Of a DNA stretch of 64,000 nucleotides, positions 1 through 7,688 are shown piece after piece. Position numbers and translations under genes: made by a program. This stretch comes from an uncultured virus (IMG/VR IMGVR_UViG_3300044858_003318) (lineage: Duplodnaviria; Heunggongvirae; Uroviricota; Caudoviricetes): IMG/VR virus record IMGVR_UViG_3300044858_003318; one strand, written 5' to 3'. The notes below the pieces were generated by a model. It was given only the letters and a program-made list of their open reading frames with translations, was not told the origin of the DNA and ran no database searches. Numbering within the stretch: position 1 is the stretch's first letter; every line of letters begins with the position of its first letter.

Positions 1-62
1 CAGGGAGATGCTGAGGGAGTCTTATTACTAGACACTGAATGCGATGCGATACCAGGTACTAC

Positions 63-311
63 TTAACCTATAACACACTGCCATATCGCGTCTCCCACTG
101 CCCACGCCATTACTCCGATTGTTATGCATCCTAGGATTACAGCTAACGCCATTATGCCTGTCAATGTGCGTAACACGTAACCCCATATCCACACATAGTC
201 TGGACGTTTTTCATCTAATATGTAACGTTCTGTGAGACATCCTATTAAATATACTGAGTACCATATAGCTATTATACTCGTTATTCCTATTACAGTCTTT
301 ATTACAATCAT
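63..311 (-). CDS. hypothetical membrane protein (2 TM)
   Basis: 82-aa ORF with two hydrophobic segments. Confidence 0.7.
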   Translation of the reverse strand: MIVIKTVIGITSIIAIWYSVYLIGCLTERYILDEKRPDYVWIWGYVLRTLTGIMALAVILGCITIGVMAWAVGDAIWQCVIG

Positions 312-469
312 TCTTACTATTATTTTTATTTAGAAGCTTATCCGTATACAGCTACATCTTCTAATTAGTCCAGGATCCGTTAAATCTTTTTAAGTATTAA
401 ACATCCAGTTGAGTCAAGTTTTGGTATTGCTCTGTCACATAAACCATCTTCCTATCATTCTATTCTGAT

Positions 470-841
470 TTAAAATTCCGGCTCTTCTGTACGTGCTAAT
501 TCTTCTGCTTTAATACGATCCTCTGCATATTCATACACTGCAAAGAAGTCAGCACGATCTTTTTGATCTAACTCCAATAGTCTTGCACCAACTGTGTTCA
601 AATCACAACATGCTTCATCGTCATCATAATGCAATGTAGCTACAGTGTAACATCCTTCTGGTCGATCGAATACCGTTTCTTGTATGGCAGTATTGTTAAG
701 TCGTAAAAACTCTCCATCGGATACCCAACCACCTTCTAAGTATTCAGCTAGCTTACCGTAATAATGATTAGGTTGCCATTTAACTATTTCATAACGTCCT
801 TGATCGAAACGGCATTCAATGTTGTTGATTCTTATTCTCAT
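470..841 (-). CDS. hypothetical phage protein
   Basis: 123-aa ORF, packed against upstream gene. Confidence 0.75.
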   Translation of the reverse strand: MRIRINNIECRFDQGRYEIVKWQPNHYYGKLAEYLEGGWVSDGEFLRLNNTAIQETVFDRPEGCYTVATLHYDDDEACCDLNTVGARLLELDQKDRADFFAVYEYAEDRIKAEELARTEEPEF

Positions 842-851
842 AACTCTCGTT

Positions 852-1100
852 TTATCGTTTTCGTTTATCTACTAGGAAAAATTCTTCGAACTCTGTTGGA
901 GTGAAATATGTTAACTCATCATCCAGATAGTCTGCATCAAACCGTACTCCATATCTGCCAGTCAGCTTAGTAATAGTTTGCAGTGTACCAAACATCACAT
1001 TGCGACTAGCGATAGCATCACCAATCTTAACATTTCCTGATTTTAAGTTAACTGGCTCGAACCCAGCTTCCAACATTTTCTTTATTGTCTGTTCTCTCAT
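852..1100 (-). CDS. hypothetical phage protein
   Basis: 82-aa ORF directly behind a class-I promoter. Confidence 0.75.
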   Translation of the reverse strand: MREQTIKKMLEAGFEPVNLKSGNVKIGDAIASRNVMFGTLQTITKLTGRYGVRFDADYLDDELTYFTPTEFEEFFLVDKRKR

Positions 1101-1120
1101 GACTCTTATTTTTTATACTT

Positions 1121-1152
1121 TAAATATAAGAATTATTTTGCAAACGTCCAAA
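1121..1152 (-). promoter_or_regulatory. class-I (early-type) promoter TTTGG-N17-CTTATATTTA
   Basis: recurs with fixed 17-nt spacing at >10 intergenic sites; resembles Bacteroidota TTTG/TAnnTTTG promoters. Confidence 0.7.
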
Positions 1153-1159
1153 TAACTGA

Positions 1160-1495
1160 TTAATTTAATTTGCGAAGCCGTACGGATATTCGTCCTTGAG
1201 ATCGTTTTGCGATACATCCGAATGCAGCATAACTCAAATCAATTCGATTGCTGGATTTTACTCCCATTCGGTCCGTAACTGTTACAGTGCATTTAACTGC
1301 AGTTGCTATGTTAGTTACTTCCAATATGGTGCCAAACTTTGCAAAGTTGTATGCGGCCGTTAGTGAATCTCGATGCATCCGCGTGCCTGATGCAGTGCGT
1401 CTTCCATGCATATCATACCAAGTAGCTATATGCGTTGATGTACTGGATGCTGTTAGTAATAGTGAGGCAATGCTGCCAAGTAATAGTGTTTTCAT
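1160..1495 (-). CDS. rlpA: RlpA-like double-psi beta-barrel (septal ring lytic transglycosylase family) protein with signal peptide
   Basis: ATWY...TASG...LTAA...FGTILEVTN...VTVTDR...IDLSYAAF motifs; start taken at MKTLLL. Confidence 0.85.
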   Translation of the reverse strand: MKTLLLGSIASLLLTASSTSTHIATWYDMHGRRTASGTRMHRDSLTAAYNFAKFGTILEVTNIATAVKCTVTVTDRMGVKSSNRIDLSYAAFGCIAKRSQGRISVRLRKLN

Positions 1496-1506
1496 TTCAT
1501 TTCCTT

Positions 1507-2100
1507 TTAATCCCAACAATCATCTAATCGTTGTTCTAATAACTTAAATAGCAGTCGTCGACATCTTTGCTGATTCTCATACGCAATACACATTGCTACA
1601 TGTTCTTTGTTAGTGATGTCAATTGAACTATTCGTGAGCCAGCGTATCTCGCCATTAACTACTCGTTTATACTGCCTAGGATATCGTTTAAAATACTCAT
1701 CTAAATCATTTCTGAGTACCGTAGATTCCATCGTGTACCATTTGCCTGTTTCATCAGTAGGAACAAATTCAAATTCAGAATCAATATATTCTAAATACTC
1801 AGTTTCATAAGCTCCATCCTGCATCAGCCAACACAATCTGGCACATGTTAATAATACTTCGGAAGTCCGTTGAGCTGACTCATGTCGGTCTCTGGATCCG
1901 ATTCCTGCAGCTTGTTGTTCCAATTTGAATTGCATTATGCGATATACATATGCTGCATCCCAATCGCGGTCCTTCCATATCACAGGCAACCATCGCCACA
2001 AATTACGTACTCCTTGTGCAAAGTCTTTGTGCCAATACTTGCCTTCGAATCGCCACCATAATGCAATTCGTTCCCACCATGTTGTGTTTCTTGCTTTCAT
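1507..2100 (-). CDS. hypothetical phage protein (W-rich, WKDRDWD motif)
   Basis: 197-aa ORF. Confidence 0.75.
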   Translation of the reverse strand: MKARNTTWWERIALWWRFEGKYWHKDFAQGVRNLWRWLPVIWKDRDWDAAYVYRIMQFKLEQQAAGIGSRDRHESAQRTSEVLLTCARLCWLMQDGAYETEYLEYIDSEFEFVPTDETGKWYTMESTVLRNDLDEYFKRYPRQYKRVVNGEIRWLTNSSIDITNKEHVAMCIAYENQQRCRRLLFKLLEQRLDDCWD

Positions 2101-2291
2101 TAGTCGTTTCGTTTAAACCATTTAGCGGATGCAACTGGATCTACTCGTGCTAACGGTTTCTTTGATACCTTTCCGGCGTCTTGTTGCATCCGTTGATATG
2201 CAGCACGTGCTTTCTCAGCAACCGAATCCTGATATGGCACATGTTCTTGCCGTTCATTATAAAAATTAAGATTAGGCCGGATCGCGCTCAT
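2100..2291 (-). CDS. hypothetical protein
   Basis: ORF overlapping both neighbours; start at MSAIRP. Confidence 0.55.
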   Translation of the reverse strand: MSAIRPNLNFYNERQEHVPYQDSVAEKARAAYQRMQQDAGKVSKKPLARVDPVASAKWFKRND

Positions 2292-2502
2292 TTTTAAAGA
2301 CTTTATCAAAGAATGATTCCCAATGCTTAAGTAATGGTCTAAAAACTAACCAGGAAAACGTAAGAGCCGGAATCCATATCCATATTTCAAACCAACTTGC
2401 TGATGCAGCAATTAGCAGTGTTATGTATCCGAGTCCAATTGCAATCCACGTGGATAATGAAACTACAAAATCTTTTAAAACTTTAACTACAATATTTTTC
2501 AT
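2272..2502 (-). CDS. hypothetical membrane protein
   Basis: 76 aa, two hydrophobic helices. Confidence 0.65.
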   Translation of the reverse strand: MKNIVVKVLKDFVVSLSTWIAIGLGYITLLIAASASWFEIWIWIPALTFSWLVFRPLLKHWESFFDKVFKNERDPA

Positions 2503-2504
2503 AA

Positions 2505-2864
2505 CTACTTGGTTAATAAATTTATTATTGAATAGTTTTTATCAAATTTATTCTTAATCAGATAAATGTATGTTATTCGTTCCGTTTCATCCATTACAAT
2601 CCAATAAGGATCTCCAGCATCATCTTTTCCTTTTGGTGTATCCATGTTTAAATCATATGAACCTAGAATTGATTCTAATTTAATTAAAACATTAACAGTT
2701 TCATCCTGGAAAAACATTTGATTCTCAAATCCTTTCCCATTTACTACGTACCAGAATCCTAGTGGCGTTTCTTTGGCATTTTTATCTACTGTTACTACAC
2801 CAATTTGTGCATTAGCTGATACTGTTGCGAGAGCTAATGCTATTGTTAACATGATTTTTTTCAT
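2505..2864 (-). CDS. secreted hypothetical protein
   Basis: signal peptide MKKIMLTIALALATVSANA-Q (Bacteroidota-type Gln after the cleavage site). Confidence 0.75.
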   Translation of the reverse strand: MKKIMLTIALALATVSANAQIGVVTVDKNAKETPLGFWYVVNGKGFENQMFFQDETVNVLIKLESILGSYDLNMDTPKGKDDAGDPYWIVMDETERITYIYLIKNKFDKNYSIINLLTK

Positions 2865-2884
2865 AATTTAATTGTTTTGATATG

Positions 2885-3163
2885 TTATTTATTTGAATTA
2901 CAATTTAAAGCAAATTCTTCGATTGATGCTGCGCCACATACGCACTTTCTAGTATTAGCATCAAACTTACAATTGGGACGACTCATTAATTTAGTTTGAA
3001 TCCATACATGTTGTTCCGATTCAATCGTATTAACTCGACCAGCTGGGTACACTGTACGTGCGATACGAAGTTTTGGTTTTTCATCTCTAGGCAATTTGCA
3101 AAGCATACCTAACCGACGAAGCAGCAATAAAGCTGATGTTTGTATGTTTCTTTTACGTTTCAT
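2885..3163 (-). CDS. hypothetical protein, Cys-rich C-terminus
   Basis: 92-aa ORF after class-I promoter at 3183-3211. Confidence 0.65.
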   Translation of the reverse strand: MKRKRNIQTSALLLLRRLGMLCKLPRDEKPKLRIARTVYPAGRVNTIESEQHVWIQTKLMSRPNCKFDANTRKCVCGAASIEEFALNCNSNK

Positions 3164-3233
3164 AACTCTTTTATTTACTTAAATAATAAGAAAAATAAAT
3201 ATAACAACCAACCGGAGAGGATTCTTTTCTTGT

Positions 3234-3578
3234 TTATCCTTTAAGTACTTCTTTGCTTGATTTAAGTGTGCCTGTTAGTTTAGCTTCTAACTTGTCAACT
3301 CGATGGTCGACATACTGTTGCACTTGATCGGTGTGGCGATGTGCTTCATCGATTCGATTATTGAGTCGATCATACTCACTACGTACGCCATTAGCTAACA
3401 CAGATTCCACCATGTTAATTTCGCGACTTAATTCTCGTTCGTCGTCTGTTAAACGTTGTTTTAACTGCATTAAGTCTGTTGACAATTTTACTGCCTTAAG
3501 CAAACCTACAACTGAAATGATAGCAATTGTCATCACTATAACTGTAAGTGCACCTACGGCCATTGATTCTAATATCAT
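3234..3578 (-). CDS. membrane-anchored coiled-coil protein
   Basis: N-terminal TM followed by heptad-rich helix. Confidence 0.7.
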   Translation of the reverse strand: MILESMAVGALTVIVMTIAIISVVGLLKAVKLSTDLMQLKQRLTDDERELSREINMVESVLANGVRSEYDRLNNRIDEAHRHTDQVQQYVDHRVDKLEAKLTGTLKSSKEVLKG

Positions 3579-3579
3579 G

Positions 3580-3924
3580 TTATTCTCCTATGTTAATAGA
3601 ATCCTCCCCGGTTGGTTGTGTTTCTTTGTTAGGCCAGTCGCTGAGTTTAAGTCCCCACATAAGACTAGTCCACATCATTTCTTTTTCTGCTTGTTTAGCA
3701 TATAATTTTAGGTTCTTTTGAAGATATTTCTTTCCCCAGCGTTTCCATTCGTCATGCTGAGCCTCAGTCATAGTCCATTGTGTGAACCAATCGTCTTTAC
3801 GATCCTTTACATCATCATAAGTAACAGCATGTCCTGCAATCTGAAACATTGCATTGATAATATCAATTACTGCATTGTCCCACTTTTCTTGTCGTGTTAA
3901 TCTCTTTGCCATATTATAAATCAA
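3580..3924 (-). CDS. hypothetical phage protein
   Basis: 114-aa ORF (start possibly at MAKRL). Confidence 0.7.
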   Translation of the reverse strand: MIYNMAKRLTRQEKWDNAVIDIINAMFQIAGHAVTYDDVKDRKDDWFTQWTMTEAQHDEWKRWGKKYLQKNLKLYAKQAEKEMMWTSLMWGLKLSDWPNKETQPTGEDSINIGE

Positions 3925-4123
3925 TTTGGTATGTTTCTACTACTTTCATCATTCCTAACCAAAATACTACATCATCTGCAGAAGGTAATGGATAGTTTGG
4001 TATAAATGTCTCAATAAACTGAGATCGATATCTGAAAGGTACCTTAAGCATTACTAAATCGTCTTCTTGCGTTAATGCCCAGATGTTTAAATCTTTTTTG
4101 CTAAGTCTTAATCGTCTTTTCAT
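3914..4123 (-). CDS. hypothetical protein
   Basis: 69-aa ORF in operon. Confidence 0.6.
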   Translation of the reverse strand: MKRRLRLSKKDLNIWALTQEDDLVMLKVPFRYRSQFIETFIPNYPLPSADDVVFWLGMMKVVETYQIDL

Positions 4124-4124
4124 T

Positions 4125-4397
4125 TTATTCTGATTTAAAGGTTTCTTTGTAGTGTTGTCCTAAGTCTTCTTGTTCCGCTTCAAAGTCTAACAATTTAGGC
4201 CTCATTGGTTCTTTATTTGCTACACCATCATCATAACCTTGAGCATAGCCATAAAACGTATCAAGTTTTCGTTGACTTTCTTCCATTTCTAAAGCAGTCT
4301 CAATTAAAACATGAAGTTTAGCATCACTTACAATTTCTGTGATGCTACCTCTTAACCCATCAATTAAATATTCTACTGCTGTTTGTTTCATAGCCAT
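4125..4397 (-). CDS. hypothetical phage protein (MKQTAVE-type small protein)
   Basis: N-terminus MKQTAVEYL, C-terminus HYKETFKSE. Confidence 0.7.
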   Translation of the reverse strand: MAMKQTAVEYLIDGLRGSITEIVSDAKLHVLIETALEMEESQRKLDTFYGYAQGYDDGVANKEPMRPKLLDFEAEQEDLGQHYKETFKSE

Positions 4398-5128
4398 GTT
4401 ATTTTATTTGTTATATTATCCCATTCAAACGTAAATGGTGCGTGAGCGTATTTGTATCTTTCATCTAATACCGATGCATTGAAGAAATGTGTATGACCAT
4501 CAAAATGGTAACCATAACTGCCATGTATATGTCCACACACATGAATCTTTGGTCGTATGGTATCTATTCGATGCCGAAGCATTTCACAACCTACACGAAC
4601 ACTTTGTCCTCCTGGAATATCCAAATGACCAAATGCTGGTCCATGTGTTACGAGTATGTCGGTATCTTCTGGTATTGCATTCCATCGTGATTGCATCTCT
4701 TCACCATTACGAGGTAAATTAAATGCCCAATTATGAAATTCAGGTTGCCATGGCGAACCATATAATTTAATAGATGCATCTTCATCGATGTTATATAAGG
4801 CCATGCCTTCATCTTGTAGATATTCTATTGTTTTATAATAACCTTTCAATAAACTACGAGCTTCATCTTCTGAGTCTTGCATCCACCTATCGTGATTACC
4901 CGCAATGAGTATTTTAGTATCATAATTATCAATTGCATCAAACCACTGAAAAAACATTACTGCTTCCATTGGATTGTAACCCGAAGACATAAAGTCACCT
5001 GCATGAATCAGTATATCACCACCGGGTAAATCTACGGGCTGATCAGCCTTGCGTAACGATGTTGTCGTTGTCAGCTGGGCATGCTTTGTATGCGTATCCG
5101 ATATCAATGTTACTCTATGCTTTCCCAT
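4388..5128 (-). CDS. calcineurin-like metallophosphoesterase
   Basis: SDTH, HAGD, GNHD, THGP, GHIH motifs. Confidence 0.9.
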   Translation of the reverse strand: MGKHRVTLISDTHTKHAQLTTTTSLRKADQPVDLPGGDILIHAGDFMSSGYNPMEAVMFFQWFDAIDNYDTKILIAGNHDRWMQDSEDEARSLLKGYYKTIEYLQDEGMALYNIDEDASIKLYGSPWQPEFHNWAFNLPRNGEEMQSRWNAIPEDTDILVTHGPAFGHLDIPGGQSVRVGCEMLRHRIDTIRPKIHVCGHIHGSYGYHFDGHTHFFNASVLDERYKYAHAPFTFEWDNITNKITWL

Positions 5129-5153
5129 ACCTTAATATAAGAATAATTCTTTA

Positions 5154-5501
5154 CTAATCCAAATCATCTAGTCCATCCATCAGAGTATTATCCCAATCTG
5201 ATAAGTCATCTTCATCATCAGGTTCGAATTCGCCATTCATGTATGCATTGTATAGTTCAAGTGAAGTATAGGTCGTTCCACTACCATCTGCTAGAACCCA
5301 ACAAGCAAATCCATCTTTGTCATAACTATTTGCCAAGTTATGCTTTAAAATCCAATCTGCAAATTCAATTGCTGAGGAACGTTTTGCCGAGTATATAGCT
5401 GCAGCATTATGCGCTCGTTTCACATCAGCGCGAGATCGTAACTCATTCCATTCGGTATCACTCATAGCATTAATGAGTATGTCTAAAGTTTCTTTATTCA
5501 T
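5154..5501 (-). CDS. hypothetical protein with acidic tail
   Basis: 115-aa ORF. Confidence 0.7.
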   Translation of the reverse strand: MNKETLDILINAMSDTEWNELRSRADVKRAHNAAAIYSAKRSSAIEFADWILKHNLANSYDKDGFACWVLADGSGTTYTSLELYNAYMNGEFEPDDEDDLSDWDNTLMDGLDDLD

Positions 5502-5694
5502 CTTCCATGTGAGTTTTTATAGCATCAAGTAACGTTTGTAAAGGAAAGCGGATTGGACCATATTCTTCATCTGAACAATCAAATTCAACCATATCGTCTT
5601 CTAATATTAAATATGATGATCTGCTATAAGCAGCATTACCTTTATATACTACTGTTTGTTTCATCTTCTTCATATAATCCTGAATCTTCATCAT
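5494..5694 (-). CDS. hypothetical protein
   Basis: short ORF in operon; start uncertain. Confidence 0.55.
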   Translation of the reverse strand: MMKIQDYMKKMKQTVVYKGNAAYSRSSYLILEDDMVEFDCSDEEYGPIRFPLQTLLDAIKTHMEDE

Positions 5695-5965
5695 CGCGCA
5701 TCATATCTTCTAGAGCCCGTTGCCATCGTGATCGAGAATTTAACATTGCAGTTCCCATTTGTTTTAATTCCTCAATATCCTTTTCTTCGGCATTAACTGC
5801 ATTATAACATTCGAACTGGGGCGAAGATACTCCCGGATCTGTCATACACAGTACATGATAGTCAGATAACTTTGCTTGTAGATCTTGTTGTATTTGTTCA
5901 AACTGTTCACTATTGCCTACTACTGCATGTAATGGAACTCTCCATATGAATATTGGTTTACTCAT
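5642..5965 (-). CDS. hypothetical protein
   Basis: start taken at MSKPIF, overlapping the upstream stop. Confidence 0.65.
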   Translation of the reverse strand: MSKPIFIWRVPLHAVVGNSEQFEQIQQDLQAKLSDYHVLCMTDPGVSSPQFECYNAVNAEEKDIEELKQMGTAMLNSRSRWQRALEDMMRDDEDSGLYEEDETNSSI

Positions 5966-6299
5966 TGTCTTTGATTTTAAAAAGTTCATATCTACTATTC
6001 TTCGTATCAAAACAAATATAATCTTCTCTTTGCTCTTGTATACCAGTAATAGACGTAGTTTGCCATGTAAAGAAATCATTGAATGGAGACATTAGCAATG
6101 ATCGGCCTAAATCTGGGTTGTCATGGCGTGCTTTAAATTTACCATTCTCATCAAACTCAAGCCACATTACCTCAGCAGATTGTCTAGTTAAACCATCTCT
6201 TTCTCTTACTAGTCTCCATTTAGGTGTTTCCGGTTTTGGTAACATTTCACTTAGATTATCTAGTGTTACTGGAATCTTTGTTTGTTTTAGTTTACTCAT
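5958..6299 (-). CDS. hypothetical phage protein
   Basis: 113-aa ORF. Confidence 0.7.
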   Translation of the reverse strand: MSKLKQTKIPVTLDNLSEMLPKPETPKWRLVRERDGLTRQSAEVMWLEFDENGKFKARHDNPDLGRSLLMSPFNDFFTWQTTSITGIQEQREDYICFDTKNSRYELFKIKDNE

Positions 6300-6302
6300 C
6301 GT

Positions 6303-6821
6303 TTATCTGTTTATTCCTAATTCTTTAAGAGTCTTAGGTGTGTAATTGACTTGTTCACATGATACACAAATGTATCGACGATCTATTCTTTTAAATATTG
6401 GAATGCCAAACAATGTGAAATCGCGTTCGACCATTTTCTCGTGAATGTGGCCGTGAATGTTATACTTTACTCGGTAATCCATTTCCATTGGGTGAACCGG
6501 ACAGTGAGATAAGAATATGCCTTTGTATTGCATCATACCGGCTACTGAATCAACGTGTTCAAGCAATTTTCGAGTGTGGCCTAATTTATCGTGGTTTCCG
6601 AGCACTACAAACTTGCGACCATTAAGACGATCCAATATATCATAGTTGGCCTTTTCCATTGTTACATCCCCTAAAATGTAGGTGATATCACGCTTATGTA
6701 CGGTATTGTTCCATTGAGACACAATGTATTCATCTTGTTCGGCAGCTGAAGCGAATCCTCTGTGCCGTGCCATGTTCTCATGTCCGAAGTGTAAATCTGC
6801 TATGAATCGTACCGTACTCAT
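6303..6821 (-). CDS. metallophosphoesterase (phage-type)
   Basis: ADLHFGH, LGD, GNHD, SHCP, HGHIH motifs; start at MSTVRF behind promoter at 6831-6859. Confidence 0.9.
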   Translation of the reverse strand: MSTVRFIADLHFGHENMARHRGFASAAEQDEYIVSQWNNTVHKRDITYILGDVTMEKANYDILDRLNGRKFVVLGNHDKLGHTRKLLEHVDSVAGMMQYKGIFLSHCPVHPMEMDYRVKYNIHGHIHEKMVERDFTLFGIPIFKRIDRRYICVSCEQVNYTPKTLKELGINR

Positions 6822-6848
6822 TTTTTCTATAATATAAGAAATAAACAT

Positions 6849-6893
6849 AAAAAACCCAAGCAGTTTCTGTTGATCAGACAGTCTTACTTGGGT
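6849..6893 (-). terminator. intrinsic terminator closing the RNA cluster
   Basis: acccaag/cttgggt stem followed by a T-run on the minus strand. Confidence 0.55.
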
Positions 6894-6935
6894 GCGATAG
6901 TTGGTTATATGAGATAAACTCAACTTCCCAATATC

Positions 6936-7073
6936 AAAAAAAGACCATCTGAGTGAGCAGATCTAACGGTATGCCTGATGGTACATGACCTGCAGAATAG
7001 AATCCACAGGGGAGCAAAAGACCTACCCTGGTACGCTCGATCGGGGACACCCCAGTCCAGAAGCGCGGTAGGT
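6936..7073 (-). ncRNA. putative structured ncRNA(s)
   Basis: GC-richer non-coding stretch; stems acctacc/ggtaggt (7021-27/7067-73), gggg/cccc, accatc/gatggt (6944-49/6977-82). Confidence 0.45.
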
Positions 7074-7081
7074 ACTATTTG

Positions 7082-7163
7082 TAGTCAGGATGAGACTCGA
7101 ACTCATAATGTGCAACCATTCTGCAGGGTAGGATACCGTTTTCCTATTACGCACTACCTGACT
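7082..7163 (-). tRNA. tRNA-like element / pseudo-tRNA (no canonical anticodon arm)
   Basis: acceptor AGTCAGG/CCTGACT, T-arm ATGAG-TTCGAGT-CTCAT; D and anticodon regions atypical. Confidence 0.6.
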
Positions 7164-7169
7164 AAATTT

Positions 7170-7322
7170 GGTAGAGGTTTGACACCAACGTATGATCACC
7201 CATACGTCTCGTTTCTTGTGTATTTGGCACTCTACCGTTGCAAGTTCATCTTACCTTGCGCCCCCATTCGTGGAATTATCCGACATCCCAATGAGTTTTA
7301 CCGTACTATCGGAGTCAGGTAA
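7170..7322 (-). ncRNA. putative structured ncRNA between the tRNAs
   Basis: stems ggtagag/ctctacc, acgtatg/catacgt, ttacct/aggtaa, tccgaca/tatcgga. Confidence 0.45.
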
Positions 7323-7328
7323 CCGCTG

Positions 7329-7400
7329 TAGTCGGTACGGGATTCGAACCCGTGTGACAAGAATGAAAATCTTGTATCCTAACCCCTAGATGAACCGACC
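7329..7400 (-). tRNA. tRNA-Glu(TTC)
   Basis: GGTCGGT/ACCGACT acceptor, CAAGA-TTTTCAT-TCTTG anticodon arm, GGTTCGAATCC T-loop; CCA not encoded. Confidence 0.93.
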
Positions 7401-7477
7401 AATTTGCAGGGTCACGCTATTAACCTGCTATGGAGTTACTAGCCACTCTTTGATGGCAATTTCCTTCCATCAGCGTT

Positions 7478-7636
7478 TTATATGCCTGTATACAATAAAA
7501 AGTCTCGATATAAACGTTTTTCTTCTTCTGTAAACATTACATCCTGACAGGCATCTAAACTTCCTTCATGCATCACATTGCCATTTGCTAAATCAATCAA
7601 TTGATACAATCCGGATTTTGATTCGATTATTTCCAT
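7478..7636 (-). CDS. hypothetical protein (52 aa, not in ORF track)
   Basis: MEIIESKSGLYQLID...LLYTGI behind class-I promoter at 7655-7685. Confidence 0.6.
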   Translation of the reverse strand: MEIIESKSGLYQLIDLANGNVMHEGSLDACQDVMFTEEEKRLYRDFLLYTGI

Positions 7637-7688
7637 CTTTTTATTTTTATACTATAAATATAAGAAATAAATCAATTGAATCCAACCT

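Noticed and set aside
312..469. Possible small gene in the gap
   Set aside because: Only very short or start-less frames; cannot support a call
6978..7389. Plus-strand ORFs 6978-7322 and 7192-7389
   Set aside because: They overlap tRNA-Glu and the tRNA-like/structured elements on the minus strand
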